A stretch of DNA of 64,000 nt from Candidatus Eiseniibacteriota bacterium (GTDB taxonomy: Bacteria; Eisenbacteria; RBG-16-71-46; SZUA-252). The stretch covers positions 1,440,001 to 1,504,000 of the forward strand of contig OY969801.1 in the NCBI GenBank assembly GCA_963703225.1, in the 5' to 3' direction. The notes beneath the pieces were generated by a model. That model searched no databases. It had not been told where the DNA came from and saw only the letters and a program-made list of their open reading frames with translations. Both the position numbers and the translations under genes were made by a program. This document shows, one piece after another, positions 1-10,245 of the stretch. Each line of letters starts with the position of its first letter. The first letter of the stretch is position 1.

Positions 1-258
1 CGCCGCGGCGCGGGCGTCACCGCGCGAACCTTGGAGAGGGACGTCCAGTCGGTTCTCGAGCGCCTGGGGCCGAACGCGGCCACCCACGCGCACGCGCTCC
101 GCCACAGCTTCGCGACCCACCTCCTCGACCGCGGCGCCGATCTGCGCGCGGTTCAGGAGCTGCTCGGGCACCGAAACCTCGCCACGACCCAGATCTACAC
201 CCACGTCACGCGGCGCCGTCTCAAGGCGGCGTACGCGCGGGCTCACCCGCGAGCCTGA
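1..258 (+). CDS. xerC: Tyrosine recombinase XerC, 3' fragment (runs in from the window edge)
   Basis: [39 protein letters not shown] is the Xer C-terminal catalytic region. Called xerC because a XerD-like paralog lies at 8560. Confidence 0.75.
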   Translation, partial: RRGAGVTARTLERDVQSVLERLGPNAATHAHALRHSFATHLLDRGADLRAVQELLGHRNLATTQIYTHVTRRRLKAAYARAHPRA

Positions 259-302
259 GCGGCCCGCGCTCACATCCATCCATCGCGCAGGGGGCGCCAC
301 CG

Positions 303-1308
303 ATGAAGCGAGACCTCCTCTCGTTCGCCGATCTCAAGCGGGTTGACTCGGACCGCCTGTTCGCGGTCGCGGCCAAGCTCAAGTCCGATCTCAGGGCCGG
401 GCGGCGCCATCAGGAATTGGCGCAGAAGACGCTGGCGCTCATCTTCCACAAGCCGAGCCTCAGGACGCGGCTCTCCTTCGAAGTGGCGATGACCCAGCTC
501 GGGGGAGACTCGATCTTCATCACCGATCGGGAGATCGGGATCGGCTCCCGTGAGCCGGTCCAGGACGTCGCGCGGGTGCTCTCCGGCTACGTCGATGGCA
601 TCATGATCCGGACGTTCGACCACCAGCTCGCCGTCGGGCTGGCACGCCACGCGGCCGTCCCCGTTATCAACGGCCTCACCGATTGGCTCCATCCCTGCCA
701 AATCCTCGCCGACCTGTTCACGCTCTACGAACGAAAGCTGGATCTCGACAAGATCGTCGTGGCCTACATGGGGGATGGAAACAACGTCGCCAACTCATGG
801 GTGGAGGCGGCCGGACTCTACGGCCTGACGATCCGGATTGCCTGCCCGGAGGGGTTCGATCCCGACCAAAACCTCATCGCGCAGGTGCAGACCTCGGGGC
901 GGGGAAAGGTGGAGATACATCGTTCCGCCGCCACAGCCGCCACGGGGGCGGACGTTCTCTACACCGACGTCTGGGCCAGCATGGGGCAGGAGGCGGAACG
1001 CGAGAAGCGGCTCCCGATCTTCCGCCCCTTCCAGATCGATCGCGCCCTCCTCGCGCGGGCCAAGCCGGGTGCGACGGTCCTGCACTGCCTGCCGGCCCAC
1101 CGCGGCGAGGAGATCACGGACGAGGTGATGGAGGGGCCGCAATCGGCGGTGTTCGATCAGGCGGAAAATAGACTTCATCTTCAGAAGGCGATCCTCTATG
1201 AGCTGCTCACGGGGCGGCGTCGGGCCGGCGGCAGCAGCGCCAAGAAGGCGACGGCGGTGCGGGGACGAAAGAAGCCGGCGCGTCGCACGGGGACGCCGGC
1301 GCCGGTGA
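303..1308 (+). CDS. argF: Ornithine carbamoyltransferase
   Basis: Motifs SLRTR, HPCQ..AD, YTDVWASMG, HCLPAHRG, QAENR. In the ORF track it reads into the next gene; a GTGA overlap at 1305-1308 suggests the true stop is there. Confidence 0.9.
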
Positions 1309-2369
1309 AGCGCCGGGTCATCCTGGCCGTCCGGATGATACTCATCGCGGGCGTCGTCATGGGGTGCGCGCGATCGGTCTTCCCGCCGGGAGGACCGGTC
1401 GACACAAGGCCGCCGCGCGTCGCGGCCATCCAGCCGGCGGATAGCTCGGTCCAGGTGCCGCGGAACACCGGGGTGGACATCCTCTTCTCCGAAGCGATGG
1501 ATCGAGCAAGCGTCCGGGACGGCATCCGCGTCTACCCGCCGGCCGGCCGCCAGCTCTACGACTGGAGCGGGAAGCGCATCCGGGTCACCTGGGAACAACC
1601 GCTCGCGGAGCGGACGACCTACAGCCTCCTCTTGAGCGGAACGGCCCGCGACGCCCGCGGGGTGCCGCTCGGCCGCGCCGTGACGATCCGCTTCAGCACC
1701 GGAGACTCGATCGACAGGGGGCGCATTTCGGGGGTTCTCCGCGCGCGAACGCTCCGCCGCATTGGGGTCCCGATCGTCGCGTTCCCTGATTCGCTGGGCA
1801 CCCGGCCCGACACGCTCGGGATTCCGGCGTCCTACGCCACCGAGACCGACACCGGCGGGGTCTACCACCTCAGGGGCCTCCCCGTCGGCAATGGATTTAC
1901 CATCCACGCCTTCTACGATCTGAACAACAACGGCTCGATGGAATCGGAGACCGATCTCGTGGCCAGCCACCCGGGCGCGATTCGCTTGACGTCCGAGCGG
2001 GCGGAAGTCGATAGTGTGAACATCGTCGCGATCGACCCTCGCGCTCCGGCCGTATTGAGCGGCACCATCGCGACGGTCGATTCGACCAGCCGGTTCCGGG
2101 TGGAGGCGATCGCGGTGGATGACTCGACGCTGTTTCGACGGGTGGAGCGGAGGGGGCCCGGTGGATATACGCTGCGCGTTCCCGCGGGGACCTACCGGCT
2201 GAGGGCCGTCCCTCTCACCGCATCCGGGGGAACGGTACCGGAAGCTGAAATCCGCCGCGACGCGCCGATCGAGACGAAGCCAGAGCAGGATTACGGCCCG
2301 TTCGATTTCGACTTCGGGACCTATCGCGCGCCGAAACCGGAGACGGGGCCATTGAGGGACGAGGAGTAG
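1305..2369 (+). CDS. Lipoprotein with bacterial Ig-like (Big_5-type) domain
   Basis: GTG at 1305, hydrophobic signal with lipobox VMGC, then C-A-x4-PPGGPVD and FSEAMD, typical of Big_5 lipoproteins. Confidence 0.65.
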   Translation: MKRRVILAVRMILIAGVVMGCARSVFPPGGPVDTRPPRVAAIQPADSSVQVPRNTGVDILFSEAMDRASVRDGIRVYPPAGRQLYDWSGKRIRVTWEQPLAERTTYSLLLSGTARDARGVPLGRAVTIRFSTGDSIDRGRISGVLRARTLRRIGVPIVAFPDSLGTRPDTLGIPASYATETDTGGVYHLRGLPVGNGFTIHAFYDLNNNGSMESETDLVASHPGAIRLTSERAEVDSVNIVAIDPRAPAVLSGTIATVDSTSRFRVEAIAVDDSTLFRRVERRGPGGYTLRVPAGTYRLRAVPLTASGGTVPEAEIRRDAPIETKPEQDYGPFDFDFGTYRAPKPETGPLRDEE

Positions 2370-2371
2370 CG

Positions 2372-3277
2372 ATGGTGGAGTCGTGGAGCATGTGGGAAGG
2401 GGTCGGCGTCGCGCTCGTCTCTCCCTTCCGGTCCGGCGCCCTCGATTCGGGGGCCCTCGCCAAGCTGACCGAGCACCTCGTGGAGCAGGGCGTTCGCTCG
2501 TTCTATCCGTGTGGCTGCACGGGAGAGGCGACGTCGCTCACACGCGAGGAACGGGCGAAGATCATCGGAGTGGTCCGGGAAGCGGCCGGTGGAAAGGCCG
2601 CGGTCATCGCCGGCACCGGCACGGCATCGACCGACGAAACGATCGATCTATCGCGGGAGGCGATCCGCCTCGGTGCGGATGGCGTGATGGTTATCACGCC
2701 CTATTCCTGCCGGCCCACCCAAGAGGGACTTCTGGCGCACTACCGCGCGATCGCCGACGCCGTCGACCGGCCGATCGTGCTCTACAACGTCCCGAGCCGG
2801 ACGGGGGTATCGGTCGCGCCGGAAACGGTGGCGCGCCTCGCGGAGCACCCACGAATCGCGGCGATCAAGGAAGCGAGCGGATCGGTCGAGACCACGAGCC
2901 TGATCCGCTCCCTTTGCGACATCGCGGTGCTGGCCGGCGACGATTCGTTGTTCCTGCCCCTCCTCTCGATTGGAGCCCGCGGCGTCGTTTCGGTGGCCGG
3001 GCACTTGATCGCACCCGATCTCGTCGCCCTCCACCAGCATTTCCGCGCCGGACAAGCGGCGGACGCCGAGGAGATCCACCGCCGGGTTCATCCACTCTTG
3101 CGCGCTCTCTTCCTGGAAACGAATCCGGGCCCGGTCAAGTACGCGCTCCACCGGCTCGGGCGGATCGCGCCCGAGCTGCGCCTGCCGCTCGTGCCGGTGC
3201 GTCCCGAGACCGCGGCCGCGGTCGATCAGGCGCTGGAGCGGCTCGACCGTCGCGCCCCGGCGCGCGCGGCGCGCTGA
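2372..3277 (+). CDS. dapA: 4-hydroxy-tetrahydrodipicolinate synthase
   Basis: GCTGE, LYNVPSRTG, IKEASG, ETNPGPVK motifs; next to dapB. Confidence 0.9.
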   Translation: MVESWSMWEGVGVALVSPFRSGALDSGALAKLTEHLVEQGVRSFYPCGCTGEATSLTREERAKIIGVVREAAGGKAAVIAGTGTASTDETIDLSREAIRLGADGVMVITPYSCRPTQEGLLAHYRAIADAVDRPIVLYNVPSRTGVSVAPETVARLAEHPRIAAIKEASGSVETTSLIRSLCDIAVLAGDDSLFLPLLSIGARGVVSVAGHLIAPDLVALHQHFRAGQAADAEEIHRRVHPLLRALFLETNPGPVKYALHRLGRIAPELRLPLVPVRPETAAAVDQALERLDRRAPARAAR

Positions 3278-3284
3278 CCGGCCA

Positions 3285-4040
3285 GTGGCCGAAGTTCCGC
3301 TTCTCCTCTATGGCGCGACCGGCCGGATGGGTCGCGCGGTCCGGGAGGCGGTCTCCGAATTCCCCGAGATCAGCCTCCGTGCATGCGTCGCGCCCCACGT
3401 GAGCGGCCGAGGCGATGGGGTCGGTCCAGCCTGGCTCACTCCCGAGGACCTTCGCTCCAGGGAAACACGCGATCGGTTTGCCGCGGACCTCGTGGTGCTC
3501 GACTTCAGCATCGCCGCCGGCACGGCTCGGCTTCTCTCGATCCTTGAGGAGTGGCCGCGCGCGCTCGTCTCGGCGACCACGGGGCTCGATGCCCCGACCG
3601 AAGCGAGGCTCGATTCGCTGGCGAAGCGCACGCCGGTCTTCCGAGCCCCGAACGTGAGCATCGGAAACGCGGTCGTCCGGGCCTGGCTCAAGGCGTTCCC
3701 TCGCGCCGCGCGCGAGATGTTCGCGGCCGACATCGTGGAGCATCACCACTCCGGAAAGCGGGACGCCCCCAGCGGAACCGCCCTCTCGCTCGCGTCTCTG
3801 CTCGGTCCGGTGCGGATCGGACCGGGGCGGGCGGAGGAGCCGCGGATTCACTCGATCCGCGCCGGCGCGGTCCCCGGCACCCACCGCGTGCTCCTGAGCG
3901 GGGCAGGGGAGACGCTCGAGATCGTCCACACGGTCTTCGACCGCGCGGTTTTCGCGCGCGGCGCGCTGCGAGCGGTTCTGTTCCTGCACGGGCGCGCCGC
4001 GGGACGCTACTCGATCGACGAACTCCTCTCCGAAATCTGA
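3285..4040 (+). CDS. dapB: 4-hydroxy-tetrahydrodipicolinate reductase
   Basis: GATGRMG Rossmann motif, EHHHSGKRDAPSGTA, FARGAL. Confidence 0.9.
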   Translation: MAEVPLLLYGATGRMGRAVREAVSEFPEISLRACVAPHVSGRGDGVGPAWLTPEDLRSRETRDRFAADLVVLDFSIAAGTARLLSILEEWPRALVSATTGLDAPTEARLDSLAKRTPVFRAPNVSIGNAVVRAWLKAFPRAAREMFAADIVEHHHSGKRDAPSGTALSLASLLGPVRIGPGRAEEPRIHSIRAGAVPGTHRVLLSGAGETLEIVHTVFDRAVFARGALRAVLFLHGRAAGRYSIDELLSEI

Positions 4041-4056
4041 TAGACTCCCCCGCCTT

Positions 4057-5784
4057 ATGCGTTTCTCGCAGGCGTTCCTTCCCACGCTCAAAGAAGATCC
4101 GGCCGACGCCGAGCTGATCAGCCACAAGCTCATGATCCGGGCGGGCCTCATGCGAAAGCTCGCCGCCGGGATCTACGCTCTGCTGCCGCTGGGCTGGAAG
4201 GTGACGTCGAACGTCGCGCGGATCGTCCGTGAGGAGATGGACCGCGCCGGCTGCCAGGAGCTGCTGCTCCCCATCCTCATGCCGGCGGAGCTCTGGATCG
4301 AAACCGGGCGTTGGGAGAAGTACGGCCCCGAGCTGTTCCGGCAGCGCGATCGGCACAACCGGGACTTCGCGATCGGGCCGACGCACGAGGAGGCGATCAC
4401 CGACCTGGTGCGCAATCACGTCCGCTCCTACCGCGACCTCCCGAAGAACCTCTATCAGATCCAGATCAAGTTCCGGGACGAGATTCGGCCGCGATTCGGC
4501 GTGATGCGAGCCCGGGAATTCCTCATGAAGGACGGGTACAGCTTCCACGCCGACGAGGCGTCGTTGGCCGAGGGCTACGACCGGATGCGCGAGGCGTACA
4601 CGGCGGTGTTCCGGCGCTGCGGGCTCTCGTTCGTGGTGGTGGAGGCCGACTCGGGCGCGATCGGCGGCGACGTGAACCACGAGTTCATGGTCACCGCGGA
4701 CTCGGGCGAGTCGCTGGTCTTCTCGTCGGCGTGCGGATACGCGGCCTCATCCGAAAGCGCGAAGTACGCTCCGCCCAAGGCGGAGGCCGAGCCGGAGTCA
4801 AAGCTTGAAACCAAGGAGACGCCCGGAAAGAAGACGGTGGAGGAGGTCGCGGCGTTCCTCGGGGTGACGCCGGATCGATTGCTCAAATCGCTCGTGGTCT
4901 GGGCCGGATCCGAGGCGGTGCTCGCGGTGGTTCCGGGCGACCGGGAGCTGAACGAGGCGAAGCTCGCCCGACACCTGGGCGGCGTCCCGATCCGAATGGC
5001 GACAGGCCCGGAGATCGAGGAGCTGACCGGCGGACCCCTGGGCTTCACGGGCCCGGTGGGCCTCGAGTCCAAGCTTCGGGTCATCCTCGATTCGGGGATC
5101 GTGGAAGGGAAGAACTACGTCACCGGCGGGAACCGAAAGGACGCGCACCTCCTCCACGTGAGACTGGGACGCGACGTGAAGGGGAAGGAGCGGGCCGACC
5201 TCGGCACCGCGCGCGAGGGGGACCGCTGCACTCGCTGCGGGGACGAGATGCGCGTCAGCCGAGGGATCGAAGTGGGGCACGTGTTCAAGCTGGGGACCCG
5301 CTACTCGGAGCCGATGAAGGCGCGCTTCCTCGACGCTTCGGGCGAAGAGCGCACGATCACCATGGGCACCTATGGGATCGGGGTGACGCGCACGGTCGCG
5401 GCGGTCATCGAGCAGCTCCACGACGAGAATGGAATCGTCTGGCCCTACTCGATCGCGCCGTATCCAGTGCACGTCGTCCCGGTGAACGTTCGCGACGAGC
5501 CGAGCCGCGAGACCGCGGAGGCGATCTACTCGGGGCTGAGCGACCGCGGCGTGGGGGTTCTGCTCGACGACCGGGACGAGCGGCCCGGCACCAAGTTCAA
5601 GGATGCCGACCTGCTCGGGATGCCGCTCCGCGTCACCGTGGGAGATCGGGGGCTCAAGGAAGGCATCGTCGAGCTTCGAGATCGAAGGACCGGCGCCGTC
5701 GAGCGAGTCCCCGTCGGGGGAGCGGTCGAGGCGTGCGAGAATCGGGTTCGGGAGGAGCTTAAGAAGCTTTCGTCGTCCGGTTGA
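4057..5784 (+). CDS. proS: Proline--tRNA ligase
   Basis: GPTHEE, FRDEIRPRFGVMRAREF, editing insertion, GIEVGHVFKLG, anticodon-binding domain. Confidence 0.97.
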   Translation: MRFSQAFLPTLKEDPADAELISHKLMIRAGLMRKLAAGIYALLPLGWKVTSNVARIVREEMDRAGCQELLLPILMPAELWIETGRWEKYGPELFRQRDRHNRDFAIGPTHEEAITDLVRNHVRSYRDLPKNLYQIQIKFRDEIRPRFGVMRAREFLMKDGYSFHADEASLAEGYDRMREAYTAVFRRCGLSFVVVEADSGAIGGDVNHEFMVTADSGESLVFSSACGYAASSESAKYAPPKAEAEPESKLETKETPGKKTVEEVAAFLGVTPDRLLKSLVVWAGSEAVLAVVPGDRELNEAKLARHLGGVPIRMATGPEIEELTGGPLGFTGPVGLESKLRVILDSGIVEGKNYVTGGNRKDAHLLHVRLGRDVKGKERADLGTAREGDRCTRCGDEMRVSRGIEVGHVFKLGTRYSEPMKARFLDASGEERTITMGTYGIGVTRTVAAVIEQLHDENGIVWPYSIAPYPVHVVPVNVRDEPSRETAEAIYSGLSDRGVGVLLDDRDERPGTKFKDADLLGMPLRVTVGDRGLKEGIVELRDRRTGAVERVPVGGAVEACENRVREELKKLSSSG

Positions 5785-6013
5785 TCATCCGGGCGAGACG
5801 GGACTTCCTCCGATTGGCGACCGCCTTCGGAATCACGCCCTTCCGGACAGCGCGGTCGATCTTGGAAACCGTGAGCCGCGCAACTTCTTTGTCCGAAGGC
5901 TGTTCCGACACTTTCTTGATCCAAGTCTTGATCTCGGTCTTGACCGATATGTTCCGATTCTTGGAGCGCTTGGACGTGCGCATACGCTTCACGGCCGATT
6001 TGTGATGCGGCAT
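5759..6013 (-). CDS. rpsT: 30S ribosomal protein S20
   Basis: MPHHKSAVKRMR...IDRAVRKGVI..ANRRKSRLA; overlaps the proS 3' end convergently by 26 nt. Confidence 0.93.
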   Translation of the reverse strand: MPHHKSAVKRMRTSKRSKNRNISVKTEIKTWIKKVSEQPSDKEVARLTVSKIDRAVRKGVIPKAVANRRKSRLARMINRTTKAS

Positions 6014-6057
6014 TCATTCCTCCTGACGGTGGCGGCACGGATCGTTCGAAGTGAGTC

Positions 6058-6086
6058 AGGCTAGCGAACTTCGGGCCGCGTGTCAA
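6058..6086 (-). promoter_or_regulatory. Sigma70-type promoter for rpsT
   Basis: Minus strand TTGACA-17 nt-TAGCCT. Confidence 0.55.
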
Positions 6087-6118
6087 GGCGCGCGGGGGGC
6101 GTGGTATACTCCGCACCA

Positions 6119-8012
6119 ATGGGTTCGCGCTCCTCGAATCGGCGCGGCGACGCTCCTCCCCCCTCTCCTCCCGACGATCCGGCTTCGGTCGACCTGGCGC
6201 GCGCGATCGCAGCCCTCCCGGCCCAGCCCGGCGTCTACCTGTTCCGGGACACGAAGGGGATCCTTCTCTACGTCGGGAAGGCGAAACGGCTGGACCAGAG
6301 GGTCCGGTCGCACTTTCAAGACCCGTCCTCGATCGGGCCGAAGCAGGTGGCCCTGATCCGGCGGGTCGCGAACGTCGAGTTCATCGCGGTCGATTCGGAG
6401 ATCGACGCGCTCATCCTCGAATCGACGCTCGTCCGGGAGCAGCAGCCACCCTACAACGTCCATCTGAAAGACGACAAACGGTACCCCTACATCCGCGTCT
6501 CGTGGCAGGAGCCGTATCCCAAGCTCTCGATCGTCCGCCGGGTGGAGCGGGATGGGGCGCGGTACTTTGGGCCCTACACGGAGGTGAAGAGCCTCCGGCA
6601 GCTGCTCCGGCTCACGCAGACCATCTTTCCCGATGAGAACCTGCGCGGACATCGACGCCCACATCGCGGCGCGCCGCGAGTGCCTGGAGTTCCACATCGG
6701 CCGCTGCACCGGCCCGTGCATCGAGGCGCAATCGCGGGACGAGTACCGCGCGATGGTGGATCAATTCTGCGAGTTTCTGGCGGGCCGGAGGGAGCAAGTC
6801 GTCACGCGCCTCAAGGCGCTCCAGGGCGAGGCGGCCGACCGGCGCGAGTATGAGCGCGCGGCCCGTCTGCGCGATCAGGTTCGACGGCTGGAGTCGGTCC
6901 TCGCGCGTCAACGGATGGTCGACGTGAGCGGCGCTTCCGCCGACGTCCTGGGAGTCGCGCGGCAGGGAGATCGGTGCTGCGTCGTGATCCTGAAAGTGCG
7001 GGAGCGGCGGGTCGTGGCGCGCGAGGTCCGCTGGCTCCAGGGGGGCGGGGTCGTGGGGGAGGCGGATCTCCTGCGCGCGTTCGTGACCCAGAGCTACGCC
7101 AAGACCGATTCCATCCCGGAGACGATCGTGGTCGAGACCGATCCCGACGAGGGAGAGCTGGTACGGACCTTTCTCGCTAGAAACGCGGCCGGCGCGGTTC
7201 GCATGCGGCAGCCGCGGGACGCGGCGGAGCGCGCCCTTCTCCGCATGGCCCGGCGGAACGCGGCCCTCCTGATTTCGCGCGGCCGGGATCAGACGGCGCG
7301 GGGGCTCGAGAGGGGAGCGGCCGACGAAGCGCTGGAGCTTCAGCGGGTGATGGGCCTCGCCCGTCTCCCGCGACGGATTCGATGCTTCGACGTGTCGCAG
7401 CTCTTCGGGACGCACGTGGTGGCGTCGATGGTCACGTTCGTGGACGGCCGACCCGCGAAGGGTGAATACCGGCGGTTCCGCATCCGCTCCGTCGAGGGGC
7501 AGGACGATTTCGCCTCGATCGCGGAGGCGGTTCGGCGCCACGCGGACCGCGTGGGCGCGGAGGAGATGGCACCGGCGGATCTCATCCTGATCGACGGAGG
7601 CGTAGGTCAGCTCTCCGCGGCGGTGGCGGCGGTGCGGGGCACCGCGCTCGACGGTGTGCCGTTCGCCGGGCTCGCCAAGCGGCTCGAGGAAATCGTCCGG
7701 TTCGGGGCGCCGCCACTCCTACTGTCGCGGCGCTCTCCCGCCCTCAAGCTTCTCCAGCGAATCCGGGACGAAGCCCATCGCTTCGCGATCACCTACCACC
7801 GAGCCCTTCGGGTTCGAGCGGCGCGGGCGTCGTCTTTGGAGCGGGTGCCCGGACTTGGCCCGAAACGCCGCGCGCTCCTGCTCCAACGGTTCGGCTCCGT
7901 CGCCCGGCTCAAACGCCAGCGGGTGGAGTCGATCGCCGCGGTGCCTGGAATCGGGGAACGGATGGCCGCCCGCATCCTCGAGTTCGTCGACGCGGGGGGG
8001 CCCTCCGAATGA
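6119..8012 (+). CDS. uvrC: Excinuclease ABC subunit C (frameshift near 6630, probably an assembly error)
   Basis: The GIY-YIG domain (PGVYLF, LYVGKAK, PPYN) is in ORF 6080..6853. The UVR, RNase H-like and HhH domains are in ORF 6633..8012. Confidence 0.92.
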
Positions 8013-8563
8013 AGACGAAGCGGGTGGAGGTGGCCCAGGCGAGGATCTCAGCACCTCCCGGGAAGATCTGGATCCTGGCGACGGACGCGGGGCTCCGCGA
8101 GATACGCCTCTCCGAGCGCGAGGCGCCCTCCCGCTCCGAGATGCGGTCCCGGGGGTGGAAGAAGGTGCGCCGCCCGCGCTGGACCGATCCGATGAAGAAG
8201 GCGCTCGAAGCCTACTTTCGCGGCACCGATCGCACGCTCGACCTCCCGCTCGACCTCGCTGTCGGCACCCCCTTCGAGCGAAAGGTCTGGGAGGCCGCGC
8301 GGAAGATCCCCTATGGGGCCTCGTTCTCGTACGAGGAGGTGGCGCGGATGGCGGGCCACCCGAGAGCGTCGCGGGCTGCCGGAAACGCCCTCGGCGCCAA
8401 CCCGGTTCCGATCGTGGTCCCGTGCCATCGCGTCATCCACGCCGACCGCTCCATCGGAGGTTTTTCCTCGGGATTGACCTGGAAGCGCTTCCTCCTCGAA
8501 TTGGAGCGCGGGCAGCTCGAATTGCCATGGAAGCCGAAACGGCGGACGCTGTTCCGGCGATGA
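8009..8563 (+). CDS. ogt: Methylated-DNA--protein-cysteine methyltransferase
   Basis: GTPFE..VW, IPYG...SY, RAAGNALGANP, PCHRV active site. Confidence 0.88.
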   Translation: MKTKRVEVAQARISAPPGKIWILATDAGLREIRLSEREAPSRSEMRSRGWKKVRRPRWTDPMKKALEAYFRGTDRTLDLPLDLAVGTPFERKVWEAARKIPYGASFSYEEVARMAGHPRASRAAGNALGANPVPIVVPCHRVIHADRSIGGFSSGLTWKRFLLELERGQLELPWKPKRRTLFRR

Positions 8564-9477
8564 CCAAACCCTCCGCCGGGGCCAGTCGCGCGACGCCGCT
8601 CGCCCGCCACGTCGCCTCGTTCCGGGATCACCTCGCCCTCGAGCGTCGATTGAGCGAAAACACGGTGCGTGCATACGTGCAGGATCTCGAGCAATATGAT
8701 CGATTCCTCCTGGGCCGGCGGATTGGCGCGCCCTCTGAGGTGCGGACCCGCGACGTCGAGGAGTATGTTGCGGGGGCGCGGTGGGCCGCCTCGACCGCGG
8801 CCCGGAAGATCGCCGCGCTGAGGGCCTTTCATGAATTCTTGAGACGTCGAGGGATCGCGAACGAGAATCCGGCGCTGGAGGTCCGCCCTCCGCGGCAGAC
8901 GCGGGCGCTCCCCGACGTGCTCGACACGCGGCAGGTGGAGGCGCTGCTTCAGGCACCCCGAGGAGAGGAAGCGCTCGCGGCGCGGGATCGGGCGCTTCTC
9001 GAGATGGCCTATGCAACGGGGCTTCGCGCGAGCGAGCTGGTCGGGCTCAAGCTCGAGGAGGTCGACCTGGAAGAGCGGCTCGTCCGGTGCATGGGGAAGC
9101 GGTCGCGGGAGCGGATCGTTCCCTACGGCGAGAAGGCCCATCACGCCCTGGTCCGGTACCTGGAGGGCTCGCGGCCCCAGCTGCTCCGGGATCGCGGCGA
9201 GCGCGCGCTCTTCCTGACCCGGTTCGGTCGACGTTTCACGCGGATGGGGTATTGGAAGCTGCTTCGCGGGTACGCGAAGGCGGCGGGCATCGACCAGCCG
9301 GTCTCCCCGCACACGCTCCGGCACTCGTGCGCGACGCATCTGCTGGAAGGTGGGTGCGACCTGAGAGTGGTGCAAGAGATTCTTGGCCATCGTTCGATCG
9401 AGACGACCCAGATCTATACCCACCTCGACCGGAGTTACCTCCGCGAGGTGCACGCGCGATTTCACCCCAGGGCTTGA
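8560..9477 (+). CDS. xerD: Tyrosine recombinase XerD
   Basis: ATG at 8560 overlaps the ogt stop. Motifs LSENTVRAY..DL, YATGLRASEL, GKRSRERIVP, SPHTLRHSCATHLL, TTQIYTH, HPRA. Confidence 0.8.
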   Translation: MTKPSAGASRATPLARHVASFRDHLALERRLSENTVRAYVQDLEQYDRFLLGRRIGAPSEVRTRDVEEYVAGARWAASTAARKIAALRAFHEFLRRRGIANENPALEVRPPRQTRALPDVLDTRQVEALLQAPRGEEALAARDRALLEMAYATGLRASELVGLKLEEVDLEERLVRCMGKRSRERIVPYGEKAHHALVRYLEGSRPQLLRDRGERALFLTRFGRRFTRMGYWKLLRGYAKAAGIDQPVSPHTLRHSCATHLLEGGCDLRVVQEILGHRSIETTQIYTHLDRSYLREVHARFHPRA

Positions 9478-9504
9478 GCCCGACGCCGGGATGTGGAGGT
9501 TGAG

Positions 9505-10239
9505 ATGAGGTGGGAGTGGGCTCACGCCGTAGCGCGTCATGGCGCCAGCGGCCTCCTTGTGGGCGCCGTGGCCGTCATGATGTTCCCGCGCGCGGCCGAC
9601 GCCGGAACGCGCGCCGCTCCTTCGGGGGCCGAGACGGCGTTTGCGCGGGATCATCTGGCCCTGGCGTTCTCGGCCCATCAGCCGCCGCCGACCTCGGCGA
9701 GCCGCGGCACCCTGCTGCGTCGTCAACGGCCGGGCACGATCAGCGTCGGGTTCCAGGGCTCCTATGGGATCGTCCGAGGCACGTCGCGCCTGGCCGACGG
9801 GTTCGACAACGGGTTCGGCTACGCCCTTCGAATTCGGTACATGCTCTCGCCATCCTTCGCGCTCGGGTTCTCCTTTGAGAACCAGCACTACGACTCGCGC
9901 GGCGGCGCTCCCTCCACCATCCCGGGAGCCAGCGACAGCTCGATCGTGATGACCACGGTCTCCGCCGAGGGGGTTGTCTTCATCCACCGCGAGAAAGAGG
10001 TGACCCCCTATTTCCTCGGGGGCTTTGGACACGCTGCCCCCGACGTCGTCGACGATGTGCTGGGGAGCGCCCGGGTGAACGAGGGCATGTATTTGGTCCT
10101 CGGCGCGGGGCTCGAGCGATTCATGCGCCCGCGCTTCTCTCTCGATTTCACGCTGCGCGGCTACGCGTTGATCAGCAACTCCGAGTTCACGTCCTTCGCG
10201 CAGATCTGCGCGGGGATCCATCTGTACCCCGGGGACTGA
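9505..10239 (+). CDS. Outer-membrane beta-barrel protein (small, OmpA-like membrane domain)
   Basis: Signal peptide, alternating aromatic beta-strands, TPYFLGGFG; GGAGG upstream of ATG 9505. Confidence 0.6.
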   Translation: MRWEWAHAVARHGASGLLVGAVAVMMFPRAADAGTRAAPSGAETAFARDHLALAFSAHQPPPTSASRGTLLRRQRPGTISVGFQGSYGIVRGTSRLADGFDNGFGYALRIRYMLSPSFALGFSFENQHYDSRGGAPSTIPGASDSSIVMTTVSAEGVVFIHREKEVTPYFLGGFGHAAPDVVDDVLGSARVNEGMYLVLGAGLERFMRPRFSLDFTLRGYALISNSEFTSFAQICAGIHLYPGD

Positions 10240-10245
10240 TCCGCG

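Noticed and set aside
303..2369. Apparent ArgF-Ig-like lipoprotein fusion (688 aa)
   Set aside because: There is an internal signal peptide with lipobox and a GTGA start/stop overlap at 1305-1308. Given the indel rate, this is most likely two genes merged by an error.
8560..9477. Tyrosine recombinases as integrases of a prophage or island
   Set aside because: They have Xer-type C-termini (HPRA) in housekeeping context, with no phage genes, att repeats or tRNA nearby.
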